Source of the DNA: Magnetospirillum sp.
GTDB taxonomy: Bacteria; Pseudomonadota; Alphaproteobacteria; CACIAM-22H2
DNA length: 64,000 nucleotides
NCBI GenBank assembly: GCA_027532905.1
Contig: JAPZUA010000001.1
Location: 663,950-727,949 of the forward strand
Direction: 5' to 3'
This document shows positions 8,592 through 18,561 of the stretch, one piece after another. Each line of letters begins with the position of its first letter. The stretch's first letter is position 1. The position numbers and the translations under genes are program-made. The notes beneath the pieces were generated by a model, which saw only the letters and a list, made by a program, of their open reading frames with translations, searched no databases and was not told the DNA's origin.

Positions 8592-9975
8592 GACATGCAA
8601 GCCAGCCGCGCATGTCGGCTGCCGAGACGAAGTCCGGCAGCACGAGGCGCTGGCTTTCGCCGGTCGAGCGATTGAAGCGATAGGTACCCAATTTCTCGAG
8701 CCGATCGATGCAGGCAATGGCCGCATCCTTGGCCGCCGGTACATATTCGAACGACAGGGCCGCCACAGCGTGGCTCAAGCCGGCGAGCACGCGCGGCTCT
8801 GCCCCTTCAACATCGATCTTGATGAAGTCGGGCATGCCCTCGCGCGCGATCAGCGCATCGAGTGTGGTGGCTTCGGCCGCCAGCACGCGCTCCCACGCCA
8901 CGCCTTGGAAAGATTTGGCTGCGGCCGCCGCGCGCATGAAATCGCCGCTCGCCGTCGCAAGCGTGGGATATCGGTCGCTTAAGTGCAGCGCCACCGTGCC
9001 GGGCGTCGCATCGAGCAGTTTTTCTTCGATCCGCACGGCCGGATCGTCGAGGAAAAAGCGGCGCAGGAGATCGGCGAAGACAGGCTGCGGTTCAACCGCA
9101 ACGACGCGGGCACCCAACCGCCGCCACGATGCCACGCGATTGCCGGCATGGGCACCCACATCGATCGCCAGCGAACCGGGCCGCACGAAACGCGCATAGA
9201 AACGGTCGAGCTGGCCCGCACGGCCTGGAATCGCATGGTAGATCGCAAGCGAGCGCAGCAACCCGAACAGACGGGCCGCAAACGCGACGGGTGCGCGGCT
9301 CGTCGCATTCGCCCACAAAAACCGCACATCGACCGCAAACGACCACAGCAGAATCGCGAGCCCCACCGCCCCCACGAGCGGGCCGACGGATAGCGGGCTC
9401 AACGCGGCGAGGGCGGCAATGCCCTGCAGCACGCACACGATGCGGCGCCGCTCGCTGTGGGGCAAAGGCTCGGCCAGAAACGGGTAGCGCCATGCGGCGG
9501 CCACGAACACGTAGCGCGGCAAACCGAGCAGCACGACCCACAGACCCGCCTCGCCGAAACGTGCGGCCAGCAGGCACAGCGCCAGCATGAAGGCGCTGTC
9601 GGTTTCCATGTCGAAGCGCGCGCCGAACGCAGACGTCTCGGCGCGGCGGCGCGCGATCCAACCATCCACGCCGTCGAGCGCGAGCACAGCCGCACCGGCA
9701 GCGACCAAAATCCAACGCGCGCCCACGTCAAGTTCCGGCACGCACAGGAGGCCTGCAAGGAAACATACGAAGGCACCGCGCGCCCAGGTCACGCAATTGG
9801 CAAGGCCGAAGCGCTTATGCGGATGGTCGGCAAGACCAAGCCGCACGCCTACCCACAGCACGCATAGGCCCAAAAGGCTTGCTGCAACGCCGACGATCCC
9901 CACGATGGGAAGGGTCGCGAACAGAACCGCTGCCGCAATCCACGCCAGACGTCGCAACGACGCGGTGCGTGTCAT
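8518..9975 (-). CDS. Fusion protein: N-terminal CDP-alcohol phosphatidyltransferase (membrane) and C-terminal FkbM-family methyltransferase
   Basis: Perfect CDP-OH-PT signature DGWIARRRAETSAFGARFDMETD (D-G-x2-A-R-x8-G-x3-D-x3-D) within about 6 TM helices. The C-terminal ~230 aa carry FkbM-type motifs (IDVGAHAGNRV...VVAVEPQP...FIKIDVEGAE). The ATG at 9975 overlaps the upstream stop (ATGA). Confidence 0.7.
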   Translation of the reverse strand: MTRTASLRRLAWIAAAVLFATLPIVGIVGVAASLLGLCVLWVGVRLGLADHPHKRFGLANCVTWARGAFVCFLAGLLCVPELDVGARWILVAAGAAVLALDGVDGWIARRRAETSAFGARFDMETDSAFMLALCLLAARFGEAGLWVVLLGLPRYVFVAAAWRYPFLAEPLPHSERRRIVCVLQGIAALAALSPLSVGPLVGAVGLAILLWSFAVDVRFLWANATSRAPVAFAARLFGLLRSLAIYHAIPGRAGQLDRFYARFVRPGSLAIDVGAHAGNRVASWRRLGARVVAVEPQPVFADLLRRFFLDDPAVRIEEKLLDATPGTVALHLSDRYPTLATASGDFMRAAAAAKSFQGVAWERVLAAEATTLDALIAREGMPDFIKIDVEGAEPRVLAGLSHAVAALSFEYVPAAKDAAIACIDRLEKLGTYRFNRSTGESQRLVLPDFVSAADMRGWLACLSPDDKSGDVYAERQTDRGGQPSA

Positions 9976-11579
9976 TTCGCGGTTCCGAAATCGGCGAGGA
10001 ATCCGGCCAGGAAATCCTCCATGCCGGCCGTCGCCGCGCCCGGCGGTACGGCGAAACCCGGCACGTAGCCGCGCGCTTCGAAAGGTTCGATCAATTCGCG
10101 CGCGCGCGAGAAAACATGGATCGGAACTGAGAAATCGCCGGTACGGCGCGCGGTCGTCAGCGGGGGTTGATGGTCGCCCAGGACGATGAACAAAGTTTCG
10201 TCGTCCGTGCGGTCGGCAGCAAAGCGCACGGCCGATTCGAGCGAATAGGCAACGGCCGCAAGATAGCCCGCATCCTGGTCGAACACTTGGCCCATGCGCA
10301 CCGGAAATTCGCGCACCGGCAGATCTTTGTAGGGATCGGCCTTCGCGAACGCGGACCAATCGTCCAAGAAAGCGGGCACGCGCTCGAACGGCGTGTGGCT
10401 CGAGGCGAGCACGATTTTGGCGAAGAGCGGTGCTGGCTGCAGTTCGTTGCGCGCGAACCAATCGAGCACCCATTGGTCGGGCAGCGACTCCCACGCAAAG
10501 CGCGGACCGCGATAGCCGAGATCGAGCTGGTTGCGGATCTGCGCAAAACCGAGCAGGCGCCCTTCGGGCCAAGGCTGGTCCATGCGCGGCATCAAGGCGA
10601 GCGTGCGGTAGCCCGCCTCGCCGAGGCGATGGGCGAGCGTGCGCGACCGCGAGACAAGCATCACCTCGTAGGCGTCTTGCGCCGCGATCTTCACACCCGC
10701 GAGCAAGGTGCCGTGCCCCATCCACGAACCGCCGCCGGTGATGGGCGAGCGCACCAAGCCCGTCGCAGTTGCCAAGCCCGCCTGTTCGAGCAGGCCTTGC
10801 AGGCGGCTGCGCAGCGGATCCATCGTCGCAGCGAAGACGGGATCGCGCGCGGTGATCGCACCGTAGGATTCGACAAAGATCAGCACAACGTTGCGCTGCC
10901 CAAGTGCGGCAAAGTCGCTTTTATCCGGCAGCGCGGCTTGGGCAGCATCGATGCGCGCGCGGTGCGCTCCGCGCAAACCTTCGGCACGCAGCACGGCATC
11001 GAAAGCCTGCACGACCGCCAGCGACGCGTCGCGCGACACGATCGGCCGTTCGTCCGGCGTGGACGGCGCGTTGGGCATTGCCGCCCAGCCTGCGACGAGG
11101 GCCGCAAGCCCGAGCGCCAAGCCGGGCCAGCCTTGCAGCTCGACCGCGCGCGAAACGGTGTGCAAGGCGGTCTGTACAAGTGCCACCGCCGCCAGCACCA
11201 CGCCGAAAAGCAGCAACGCCAATGCCGCAAACTCGAAGGCTGGCATCGAATTGGCCAAGAGCTGCACAAAAAACGGCACGAAGCGCGCATCGACCGCGAC
11301 GTTGAGATCGCGCCCGAAGAACCACGGGATCGCAACGGCTGTGGCGCGCAACGCAAACGCCGCAAGGCTCAACGCCGCAAGGCCCCACAGCAGCAGCCCC
11401 TGCGGCCGCCCGACGACGAAAAACACCGCGACAATGACGAGCAACTCGACCGCGACGGCAGAGGGCAGCATTTGCAACGGCTGTTCGACGAAGTCGCCCG
11501 ACGAAAACAGCAGATTCAAAAACACGATCGCAACGAGCGTGGCGATCAGGCCGGGCGGCCGGCGGCTGCGCGGTTTCAT
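9972..11579 (-). CDS. Membrane-anchored alkaline-phosphatase/sulfatase-superfamily protein (phosphoglycerol-transferase, CgmB/LtaS-like)
   Basis: N-terminal ~180 aa with multiple TM helices, then a soluble domain (VVLIFVESYG...GGGSWMGHGTLLAG...LGDHQPP) typical of the AP-superfamily phosphotransferases. Start at MKPRSRRP (11579), ATGA-coupled to the GT2 gene. Confidence 0.6.
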   Translation of the reverse strand: MKPRSRRPPGLIATLVAIVFLNLLFSSGDFVEQPLQMLPSAVAVELLVIVAVFFVVGRPQGLLLWGLAALSLAAFALRATAVAIPWFFGRDLNVAVDARFVPFFVQLLANSMPAFEFAALALLLFGVVLAAVALVQTALHTVSRAVELQGWPGLALGLAALVAGWAAMPNAPSTPDERPIVSRDASLAVVQAFDAVLRAEGLRGAHRARIDAAQAALPDKSDFAALGQRNVVLIFVESYGAITARDPVFAATMDPLRSRLQGLLEQAGLATATGLVRSPITGGGSWMGHGTLLAGVKIAAQDAYEVMLVSRSRTLAHRLGEAGYRTLALMPRMDQPWPEGRLLGFAQIRNQLDLGYRGPRFAWESLPDQWVLDWFARNELQPAPLFAKIVLASSHTPFERVPAFLDDWSAFAKADPYKDLPVREFPVRMGQVFDQDAGYLAAVAYSLESAVRFAADRTDDETLFIVLGDHQPPLTTARRTGDFSVPIHVFSRARELIEPFEARGYVPGFAVPPGAATAGMEDFLAGFLADFGTAK

Positions 11580-12523
11580 GGCCGTCTCGGTACGCGGATG
11601 ATGGGCTTCAAAGCAGGCCCGGCCCCCAGATGATAGACCGGCATCGTCTTCTCGATGAACGAGGCCGCATCGCGGGGCGAGCACAGATAGCTTTGCAGAT
11701 TGAGCCACGGATAGCGGCTCGTCCAGCCGAGGCCCGCCGCACGCCGCGCATATTTCCAGGCACGGCCCGCGGCACGGCGGCAGGCAAGCTCGCCGTAGGT
11801 TTCGGCGAGTTCGGGATGCTGTCGCAGGAAATGCACGAGGGCCAACGCGAAATCGTGGTGCGCCTGGTGCCCTTGGCCGACCATGATGCGCGTGTCGTCG
11901 GCGGCCGGCCCCCACGTGACGATGTGCTCGAAGCGAGCGATCGCGGCAAGCCGCGCCACGCGCAAGGCCAACGCAAAATCCTCGACGAACAATTCGGGAT
12001 CGCAGCCGCCCGCCGCCTGCACGATCGACGTGCGAAACAAGGTCGGCGACGTGCCCGAGACGCCGTAGCGAATGACCTCAGCGAGCGCGTCTTTGGGCAC
12101 GGTTGGGACCGTGGCGGCGGCAGCCGCTTCGTCGAAGCGGATTTCGGCCGGATCGCTGTAGAAGCCGATACGTCCGAAAACACCACCGGTGCGCGTCGCC
12201 TCCATCACGTCGATCAGGCGCTGCGTAGCGTAGGGTGCCAGCACGTCGTCCGAGCCCACGAGCTTCAGATAGGTCTGGGTCGCAAGCTTGATGCCCGTGT
12301 TCGTGGACGAGGACGGGCCGCCATTGGGCTGCTCGACGATGCGGCAATTGGGCCAGTCTTTGGTGAGTGCGCGCACGATCGCGACCGAGTCGTCGCGGCT
12401 GCCGTCGTCCACGAACAGGAATTCGCGCGGCCGGTCGGGCACTTGGCGCCAGATCGCCGCCACCACGTCGGGCAGGAACTTGGCCTTGTTGTAGACGGTG
12501 CAAAGGAACGTGACGCCGGACAT
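11576..12523 (-). CDS. Glycosyltransferase family 2
   Basis: VTFLCTVYNKAKFLPDVVAAIWRQ...FLFVDDGSRDDS is the classic GT2 N-terminal motif, with a later DD acceptor motif. Start at MSGVTF (12523). Confidence 0.75.
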   Translation of the reverse strand: MSGVTFLCTVYNKAKFLPDVVAAIWRQVPDRPREFLFVDDGSRDDSVAIVRALTKDWPNCRIVEQPNGGPSSSTNTGIKLATQTYLKLVGSDDVLAPYATQRLIDVMEATRTGGVFGRIGFYSDPAEIRFDEAAAAATVPTVPKDALAEVIRYGVSGTSPTLFRTSIVQAAGGCDPELFVEDFALALRVARLAAIARFEHIVTWGPAADDTRIMVGQGHQAHHDFALALVHFLRQHPELAETYGELACRRAAGRAWKYARRAAGLGWTSRYPWLNLQSYLCSPRDAASFIEKTMPVYHLGAGPALKPIIRVPRRP

Positions 12524-12579
12524 GGCCGTCTTCCTAAAGGCGCTTGCGCCGTTGCGCAAGCCGCGCGACTCTGCTGCCC

Positions 12580-12999
12580 ATGCCGCGCGTGATTCCCGAA
12601 CTCGACCTCGACGACCGCGACCTTGCCTGGCGCTTCGTGCGCGCCAGTGGTCCCGGCGGCCAGAACGTCAACAAAGTATCGACGAGCGTGGAATTGCGCG
12701 TCGATCTCGGCGCCACGCGCCTCGAGCCCGAGATCGTCGAACGGCTCAAGGCTATCGCGGGCAAGCGCGTGTCGGGCGAGGGCCATCTCATCGTCGAATC
12801 CTCGCGCCATCGCACGCAGGAGATGAACCGCAAAGACGCGCTCGAAAAGCTCGCCCAGTTGCTGCGTGCCGCGCGCCACAAGCCGAAGCCCCGGCGTGCC
12901 ACCAAGCCCACCAAAGGCTCGAAGCGCCGCCGCCTTGCCTCGAAAGCCGCGCGCGCGACCGTGAAAGCGACGCGCGGCGGACCGATCGATCTCGACTAA
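12580..12999 (+). CDS. arfB: Alternative ribosome-rescue factor ArfB (peptidyl-tRNA hydrolase, YaeJ)
   Basis: GGQ motif (SGPGGQNVNKVST) and a basic C-terminal tail (KPKPRRATKPTKGSKRRR). About 140 aa. Confidence 0.85.
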   Translation: MPRVIPELDLDDRDLAWRFVRASGPGGQNVNKVSTSVELRVDLGATRLEPEIVERLKAIAGKRVSGEGHLIVESSRHRTQEMNRKDALEKLAQLLRAARHKPKPRRATKPTKGSKRRRLASKAARATVKATRGGPIDLD

Positions 13000-13919
13000 A
13001 GGGCCGCATAGGCCAAGGCGATCTCGCCCGCGACGGCCACGTTGTTGCGTACCAACGCGATGTTGGCGGCGAGCGACGTGCCGCCTGTCGCTTCGTTGAG
13101 GCGCCCCAGCAGAAAGGGCGTGAGAGCCGCGCCCGCAATGCCGGATGCCGCAGCTGCCTCAACCGCCGCAGCGATTTCGCGTTCGATCGCGTCGGCATCG
13201 AGCGCATATTCGGGCGGGATCGGATTGGCGACGAGAAGGCCGCCGAGCCCCAAACGTCGCTGGGCGGCGATCAGCTTTGCGGCGTCTTGGGCTGTATCGC
13301 AACGCCGGTCGGTTTTGCGCCCACTCGTGCGCGCATAGAAAGCCGGGAAATCTTCGGTGCGATAGCCGAGCACGGGCACGCCGAGGCTTTCGAGCAGTTC
13401 GAGCGTCTTCGGGATATCGAGAATGGATTTCGCCCCTGCGCACACCACGGCGACCGGCGTGCGCGCCAGCTCGTAGAGATCGGCCGAAACATCCATCGTG
13501 CTTTCGGCCCCGCGATGCACGCCGCCGATCCCGCCGGTCGCAAATATCGCGATGCCCGCCAGTGCCGCGATCGCCATCGTTGCGGCAACGGTCGTGGCCC
13601 CATGCGCGCGCGTGGCAACGAGTGCCGCCAGATCGCGGCGCGAGGCTTTGGCGATATTGCGGCCCGTCGCGAGCAATTCGAGTGCGCGCGCATCGAGACC
13701 GACGCGCAAGCGCCCGTCGATGATAGCAATCGTTGCGGGCACCACGCCCTTGGCACGCAGATCGGCCTCGAGTGCCCACGCGGTTTCGAGATTGCGCGGA
13801 TACGGCATGCCGTGCGCCACGATGGTGGACTCGAGCGCGACCACCGCTTGGCCGTCCGCCAAGGCCGCCGCGACCTCCGGTGCGATGTCGAGATCGGGCG
13901 GCAGCACGTGCTGGGTCAA
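12996..13919 (-). CDS. psuG: Pseudouridine-5'-phosphate glycosidase
   Basis: LDIAPEV...VVALESTIVAHGMPYP...GGIGGVHRGAE...SADL are PsuG hallmarks. No in-frame ATG, so the start is TTG 13919 (TTGA-coupled to the upstream stop) or GTG 13907. Confidence 0.8.
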   Translation of the reverse strand: MTQHVLPPDLDIAPEVAAALADGQAVVALESTIVAHGMPYPRNLETAWALEADLRAKGVVPATIAIIDGRLRVGLDARALELLATGRNIAKASRRDLAALVATRAHGATTVAATMAIAALAGIAIFATGGIGGVHRGAESTMDVSADLYELARTPVAVVCAGAKSILDIPKTLELLESLGVPVLGYRTEDFPAFYARTSGRKTDRRCDTAQDAAKLIAAQRRLGLGGLLVANPIPPEYALDADAIEREIAAAVEAAAASGIAGAALTPFLLGRLNEATGGTSLAANIALVRNNVAVAGEIALAYAAL

Positions 13920-16240
13920 GCGGCCTTGTGGATGGCGCGCCAGATTTTCTGCGGTGTGGCGGGCATGTCGATATGCGCGACGTCGTAGGGTTTCAACGCG
14001 TCGAGCACCGCATGCACGACCGCGGGCGGTGCGCCGATCGAACCTGCCTCGCCCGCACCCTTCACGCCGAGCGGATTGTTGAGGCACGGTACCTCGTTGT
14101 ACGAGAAATCGATCGACGGCATCTGGTCGGCGCGCGGCATGCCGTAATCCATGAACGAGCCGGTCAGAAGCTGGCCGCTCGCCGGATCGTAGACGCAGCC
14201 TTCGTACAGCGCCTGGCCGATCCCCTGGATGGTGCCGCCATGCACCTGGCCTTCCACGAGCAGCGGGTTCATCACGTTGCCGAAATCGTCGACGATCGTG
14301 TAGCGCTCGAACGACACCGTGCCCGTGTCGGGATCGATTTCGATTTCGGCGATGTGGCAGCCATTGGGGAACGTCGCCCCCTTGGGCAGATGCGTTGCCT
14401 GGCCTTCGAGGCCCAGCGCTTGGTCGGGCGGCAGCTTCGCTTTCATGTGCGAAGTCTTGGCCATTTCGGCGACGGTGATCGCCTTGTCCGTACCCGCCAC
14501 TTTGAATGAACCGTCTGCGAACTCGATATCGGCGTCGGCGGCTTCCATCAGATGGGCCGCAAGCTTGCGCCCGCGCGCGATCACGTCCTTGGCGGCGAGA
14601 CTCACGGCGGTGCCCGTTACGGCAAGCGCGCGGCTGCCGCCGGTCCCGCCATTGTAGATCGCGACGTCGGTGTCGCCTTGCACGACGCGCACCTTGTCGA
14701 GCGGAATGCCGAGCGCTTCGGACACGATCTGCGCATAGGCGGTTTCATGACCCTGGCCGTTCGACTGATTGCCGACGCGCACGAACGCCCCGCCCGACGG
14801 ATCGAACTGGATGTGCGCGGACTCGTCGCCGCCGCCGCCGCAGACTTCCGTGTACATCGCAAGCCCAATGCCGCGCAGCTTGCCGGCCTTCTTGGAAGCC
14901 TCGCGCCGCGCTTCGAACCCGTTCCAGTCGGCGCGCGCCAACGCGTCGTCGAGATTGCGCGCATATTCGCCGCTGTCGTAGGTGTTGCCAAGTGCGGTCT
15001 TGTAGGGCATCGCAGCGGGTGCAATGAAATTGCGCCGCCGCACTTCGGCGGGCGACAGGCCCAGCGTTTTGCCGATCTTTTCGACCACGCGCTCGACCAC
15101 ATAGTTGGCCTCAGGCCGGCCCGCACCGCGATAGGCATCGACCGGAGCGGTGTTCGAGAACACGCCCTTGTATTCGGCAAACGCCGCCGGGATCGCATAG
15201 ACGCCGACGAGCATCGAAGCTCCCGCAGCTGTCGCAACGAACGTGCTGTATTGCGAGCAATAGGCGCCGAGATTGGCGTTGGTCTGCACATGCAGGCCCA
15301 GAATGCGCCCCTCGGCGTCGATGGCCGCGCGCGCTTTGGTCAGATGGTCGCGCCCGTGCGTGTCGGTGAGGAAGGCTTCGCTGCGGTCGGAGATCCAGCG
15401 CACCGGCCGCTCGAGGGCGCGAGCGGCAAACAGGCACGCCACGTATTCCGGGAACACGAAAATCTTCATGCCGAAACCGCCGCCCACGTCGCCCGTGACA
15501 ACGCGCAGCTTGCTTTCCGGGATCTTGAAGATTTCGCCCGCCAGCACCTTGCGCATGCCGAAGCCGCCTTGCGTGCTGCAATAGAGCGTGAGGCGGTCTT
15601 CGCCGCGCGCATAGTCGGCGATGGCCCCGCGCGGCTCGAGCGAGTTGGGCACGAGCCGATTGTTCACGAGATCGATCTCGACGGTCTTCGCCGCCGACGC
15701 AAACGCGGCCTTAGTTTTGGCTTCGTCGCCGATCGTCCAGTCGAACGCGATATTGCCCTTGGCGTTTTCCCACACGACGGAGGCACCGGGGGCGACCGCG
15801 GCGGCAATGTCGCCCACGGCCGGCAAAGGTTCGTAGTCGACGACGACCGCTTCAGCGGCATCGCGCGCGTCTTCCGCACGCTCGGCCACGACGAGTACCA
15901 CCGCTTCGCCCGCAAAACGCACGCGACCGCGCGCCAGAGCCGGGCGCGGCGGGGGCGTGAAGGCACTGCCGTCGCGATTCTTGAGTGGCGCCATGCACGG
16001 CACGTTGCCGATACCGGCGGCGGCGAGGTCGTCGCCCGTGAACACGCCGATCACGCCCGGCATGTCGCGCGCGGCCGAAACGTCGATGCTGCGGATCTCG
16101 GCGTGTGCATGCGGACTGCGCACAAAAAACCCGTAGGTCTGGCGCGCCAGTGCTACGTCGTCGAGATAACGCCCGGCCCCCTTCAGCAGGCGGGCATCTT
16201 CGACGCGGCGCGGCATCTGGGCTTTTCCGAACTTGCTCAT
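13916..16240 (-). CDS. Xanthine-dehydrogenase-family molybdopterin-binding large subunit (CoxL/XdhA-like aerobic Mo hydroxylase)
   Basis: 774-aa protein of the Mo-hydroxylase large-subunit type. Conserved blocks GGGFGMK and YRGAGRPEA are present, then a C-terminal MoCo-binding region. Start at MSKFGKAQMPRRVEDARLLKG (16240). No FeS or FAD subunit genes are adjacent. Confidence 0.85.
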   Translation of the reverse strand: MSKFGKAQMPRRVEDARLLKGAGRYLDDVALARQTYGFFVRSPHAHAEIRSIDVSAARDMPGVIGVFTGDDLAAAGIGNVPCMAPLKNRDGSAFTPPPRPALARGRVRFAGEAVVLVVAERAEDARDAAEAVVVDYEPLPAVGDIAAAVAPGASVVWENAKGNIAFDWTIGDEAKTKAAFASAAKTVEIDLVNNRLVPNSLEPRGAIADYARGEDRLTLYCSTQGGFGMRKVLAGEIFKIPESKLRVVTGDVGGGFGMKIFVFPEYVACLFAARALERPVRWISDRSEAFLTDTHGRDHLTKARAAIDAEGRILGLHVQTNANLGAYCSQYSTFVATAAGASMLVGVYAIPAAFAEYKGVFSNTAPVDAYRGAGRPEANYVVERVVEKIGKTLGLSPAEVRRRNFIAPAAMPYKTALGNTYDSGEYARNLDDALARADWNGFEARREASKKAGKLRGIGLAMYTEVCGGGGDESAHIQFDPSGGAFVRVGNQSNGQGHETAYAQIVSEALGIPLDKVRVVQGDTDVAIYNGGTGGSRALAVTGTAVSLAAKDVIARGRKLAAHLMEAADADIEFADGSFKVAGTDKAITVAEMAKTSHMKAKLPPDQALGLEGQATHLPKGATFPNGCHIAEIEIDPDTGTVSFERYTIVDDFGNVMNPLLVEGQVHGGTIQGIGQALYEGCVYDPASGQLLTGSFMDYGMPRADQMPSIDFSYNEVPCLNNPLGVKGAGEAGSIGAPPAVVHAVLDALKPYDVAHIDMPATPQKIWRAIHKAA

Positions 16241-16299
16241 TTTACGACCCTCGAATTTCCTTGGAGTGGCGACTGTGGCAAATCGCCTGTCGGCATGCA

Positions 16300-17055
16300 A
16301 TGGCGCTAGAATTGGCGGCGATGGGAAACGGCAAAACGATCATTCTGGCGGGCATGGCGGGTGCGCAAGTGAGAGTGGGGCGCGTGATCGCCGCATTCAA
16401 GCGCAGCTTCTATGTGGCCGACGCCGAGGGGCGCATTGCCTGTGCCGGCGGCCCCGATCTGGGGGCGGGGCCCTTGAACATCCTCTATGCCGTCTGCCCG
16501 CCGATCCCGGACGTCGGGGCGGCGTGGCGCTTTGATCTGAACAATGTGCCGATCTGGCGGCCCGCGCCGTGGCCGCACTTCGATGCACCCGCCAGCCGTC
16601 GCGTGGCGGCGGCAATCCCGCGCGACAAAGGTTTGCTGACCCCGCCGGACGGCGATCCTTTCAAAGAAGCCGCCCAAGCCCCGCTTGCAGCCCTCGCTTT
16701 GTGGCAAGGCGGGCCGACACCGCCGATCCTCGCGAATCTGCTCGGGCTTGGGCCCGGCCTCACGCCGGCGGGCGACGACGCGCTTGGCGGAGCGGCGCTG
16801 GCCTTGCGCGCCTGCGGCCGGATGGAAGACGCCGATGCGCTCCGCAAATTTCTGGGCGCGCGGATGGCGACGGCCACAAGTGTGATATCAGCCGCGCATT
16901 TATCTGCTGCCCTCGACGGGATGGGCGCGCAAGCGCTGCACACGATCCTTGCCGATATCGTGCGAGGGCGTATGCCGGAACTCAGCCCCCTCGACGCGAT
17001 CGGCCACAGCTCGGGCTACGACGCGCTCGCCGGGATCCTGGCCGTTTTAACGTAG
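16300..17055 (+). CDS. DUF2877-domain protein (YlbF/AllH-like)
   Basis: GLGPGLTPAGDDALGGAALAL...GHSSGYDALAGI is characteristic of DUF2877, which is genomically associated with FdrA and DUF1116. Start at MALELAAMGNG (16300). Confidence 0.65.
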   Translation: MALELAAMGNGKTIILAGMAGAQVRVGRVIAAFKRSFYVADAEGRIACAGGPDLGAGPLNILYAVCPPIPDVGAAWRFDLNNVPIWRPAPWPHFDAPASRRVAAAIPRDKGLLTPPDGDPFKEAAQAPLAALALWQGGPTPPILANLLGLGPGLTPAGDDALGGAALALRACGRMEDADALRKFLGARMATATSVISAAHLSAALDGMGAQALHTILADIVRGRMPELSPLDAIGHSSGYDALAGILAVLT

Positions 17056-18561
17056 GCGCGAAATCGCGAGCGCCAACTCGGCCGCGCGCGCGTTCGACGG
17101 GGCCACCAGAATGCCGGCCTGCTCGAGCTTGCGCACTTGGCTGGCGCGATGCTGCGGATCGAGATCGGTGCCGATCACGGATGCGATCACGGCCGGGCGC
17201 TGGTCGCCGGCGGCGCCTACGACGCGCGCGGCGGCCCCGGCCGGATCTTCATGCGCGCCAAAGCCGATCACGATATCCACGAGTACGACGGCCACGCCCG
17301 ATTCCTCGAGCGCCTGAGCAAGGGCTGCGTCGCGCACCGTGGGATCGATCATCGGATGCGGGCGGCCAACCGTGTATTCGTCGGCCCCGTAATCGACGAA
17401 GCTGTGGCCCGAGGCAGGTTTCGTCTGCAAAGCGCCGGGTACGGGCGCGTTCGACCAGAACGCTTCACCCGCCGCGCGCAGCACCAGCTGCGCTTCGGCG
17501 CACAACGTGCCGCCGCTATAGACGCCGCGCACCCAGCGCCGCGCAGGTGCCAAATGCTCGCGCGCTTCGGCCGCTTTGGCCTCCACGTCGAAGCCCGCAT
17601 CCACACCTGCCCCGCCAGTCGTGCGCGCAACCGCGTCGGCAGCAGCAGCCGCAAGCGTGGGCGCAAAGCGCGCATTGGCGGGCATGCCCGCGCCGTCCGC
17701 GCCCAGAAAACAGATTGTGAAATTCTTTGGGCTCTTGGCCACGCGCGCCAGCACGGTTGCCGCGACCGATGCAGCCGGCGGCTTCGAGACAATCACGATA
17801 TGCGAAGTGCCTTCATCGGCATCGAGCGCGTCGATTGCCGAAAGCATCGTAAGACCGCCGACGCGCTCGGACAAATCGCGCCCGCCCGTACCGATACCGT
17901 GCGAAACGCCGGCCCCCGCGCGCGCGATCAGGCAAGCCACTTCCTGCAAGCCTGTACCCGCCGCCGCGACAATGCCGATCGGCCCTTGCGGCACTTGGTT
18001 CGCGAACGCGAGCGGTGTCCCCGCAATCATCGCCGTGCCGCAATCCGGGCCCATCACCAAAAGACCGCGTTCGCGCGCTTCGAGCTTCAGCGCGCGTTCT
18101 TCTTCGATGCCGACATTGTCGGAAAAGATCATCGCATGCATGCCGCGCGCAAGCGCTTTGCGCGCTTCGGCGGCTGCAAACGCACCCGGCACCGAGATCA
18201 GCGCCAACGTCCCGCCGCCAAGGGCGCGCATCGCGGCGTCGATCGACCGCGGCCGACGCTCGGCTCCGCCGCGCGCCGTGTGCTTGGGCCGGTCGAGCAT
18301 CGCATCGGCTTCGTCGAGAGCTGCGTCGGCTGCCTTGGCATCGCCCGCCTTGACCGCGACCACGAGATCGTTGGCACCCGCTGCACGGCCCGTCGCGTCG
18401 AGCAGGCCCGCATCTTCCATGATGCGCAGATTGGACGGCGTGCCGATCATCAAGGCAGCCGAGGTGACACCCGGCAGCGCCGACAGAGTCTGCGACAGCC
18501 GCATGAGGGCGACCGAGTCGAGATAGAAACCTTTGCGGATGCGATTGGCTTTGGCCGACAT
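17047..18561 (-). CDS. fdrA: FdrA-family protein (acyl-CoA-synthetase-like, AllF-like)
   Basis: The N-terminus MSAKANRIRKGFYLDSVALMRLSQ matches the FdrA family. CoA-binding/succinyl-CoA-synthetase-like domains follow. The ATG at 18561 abuts the upstream stop (TGATG). Confidence 0.8.
   Translation of the reverse strand: MSAKANRIRKGFYLDSVALMRLSQTLSALPGVTSAALMIGTPSNLRIMEDAGLLDATGRAAGANDLVVAVKAGDAKAADAALDEADAMLDRPKHTARGGAERRPRSIDAAMRALGGGTLALISVPGAFAAAEARKALARGMHAMIFSDNVGIEEERALKLEARERGLLVMGPDCGTAMIAGTPLAFANQVPQGPIGIVAAAGTGLQEVACLIARAGAGVSHGIGTGGRDLSERVGGLTMLSAIDALDADEGTSHIVIVSKPPAASVAATVLARVAKSPKNFTICFLGADGAGMPANARFAPTLAAAAADAVARTTGGAGVDAGFDVEAKAAEAREHLAPARRWVRGVYSGGTLCAEAQLVLRAAGEAFWSNAPVPGALQTKPASGHSFVDYGADEYTVGRPHPMIDPTVRDAALAQALEESGVAVVLVDIVIGFGAHEDPAGAAARVVGAAGDQRPAVIASVIGTDLDPQHRASQVRKLEQAGILVAPSNARAAELALAISRLR

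Noticed and set aside
8518-10725. 735-aa version of the CDP-OH-PT::FkbM gene, and 647-aa and 327-aa versions of its neighbours
   Set aside because: The N-terminal extensions overlap the preceding genes and are Arg/Gly-rich. ATGA-coupled internal ATGs (9975, 11579, 12523) give sensible signal/TM N-termini, so the shorter versions were kept.
13733-16309. Plus-strand ORFs of 258 and 585 aa and minus-strand ORFs within the coxL-like gene
   Set aside because: Alternative frames or antisense of a gene with unambiguous Mo-hydroxylase large-subunit homology. No motifs.
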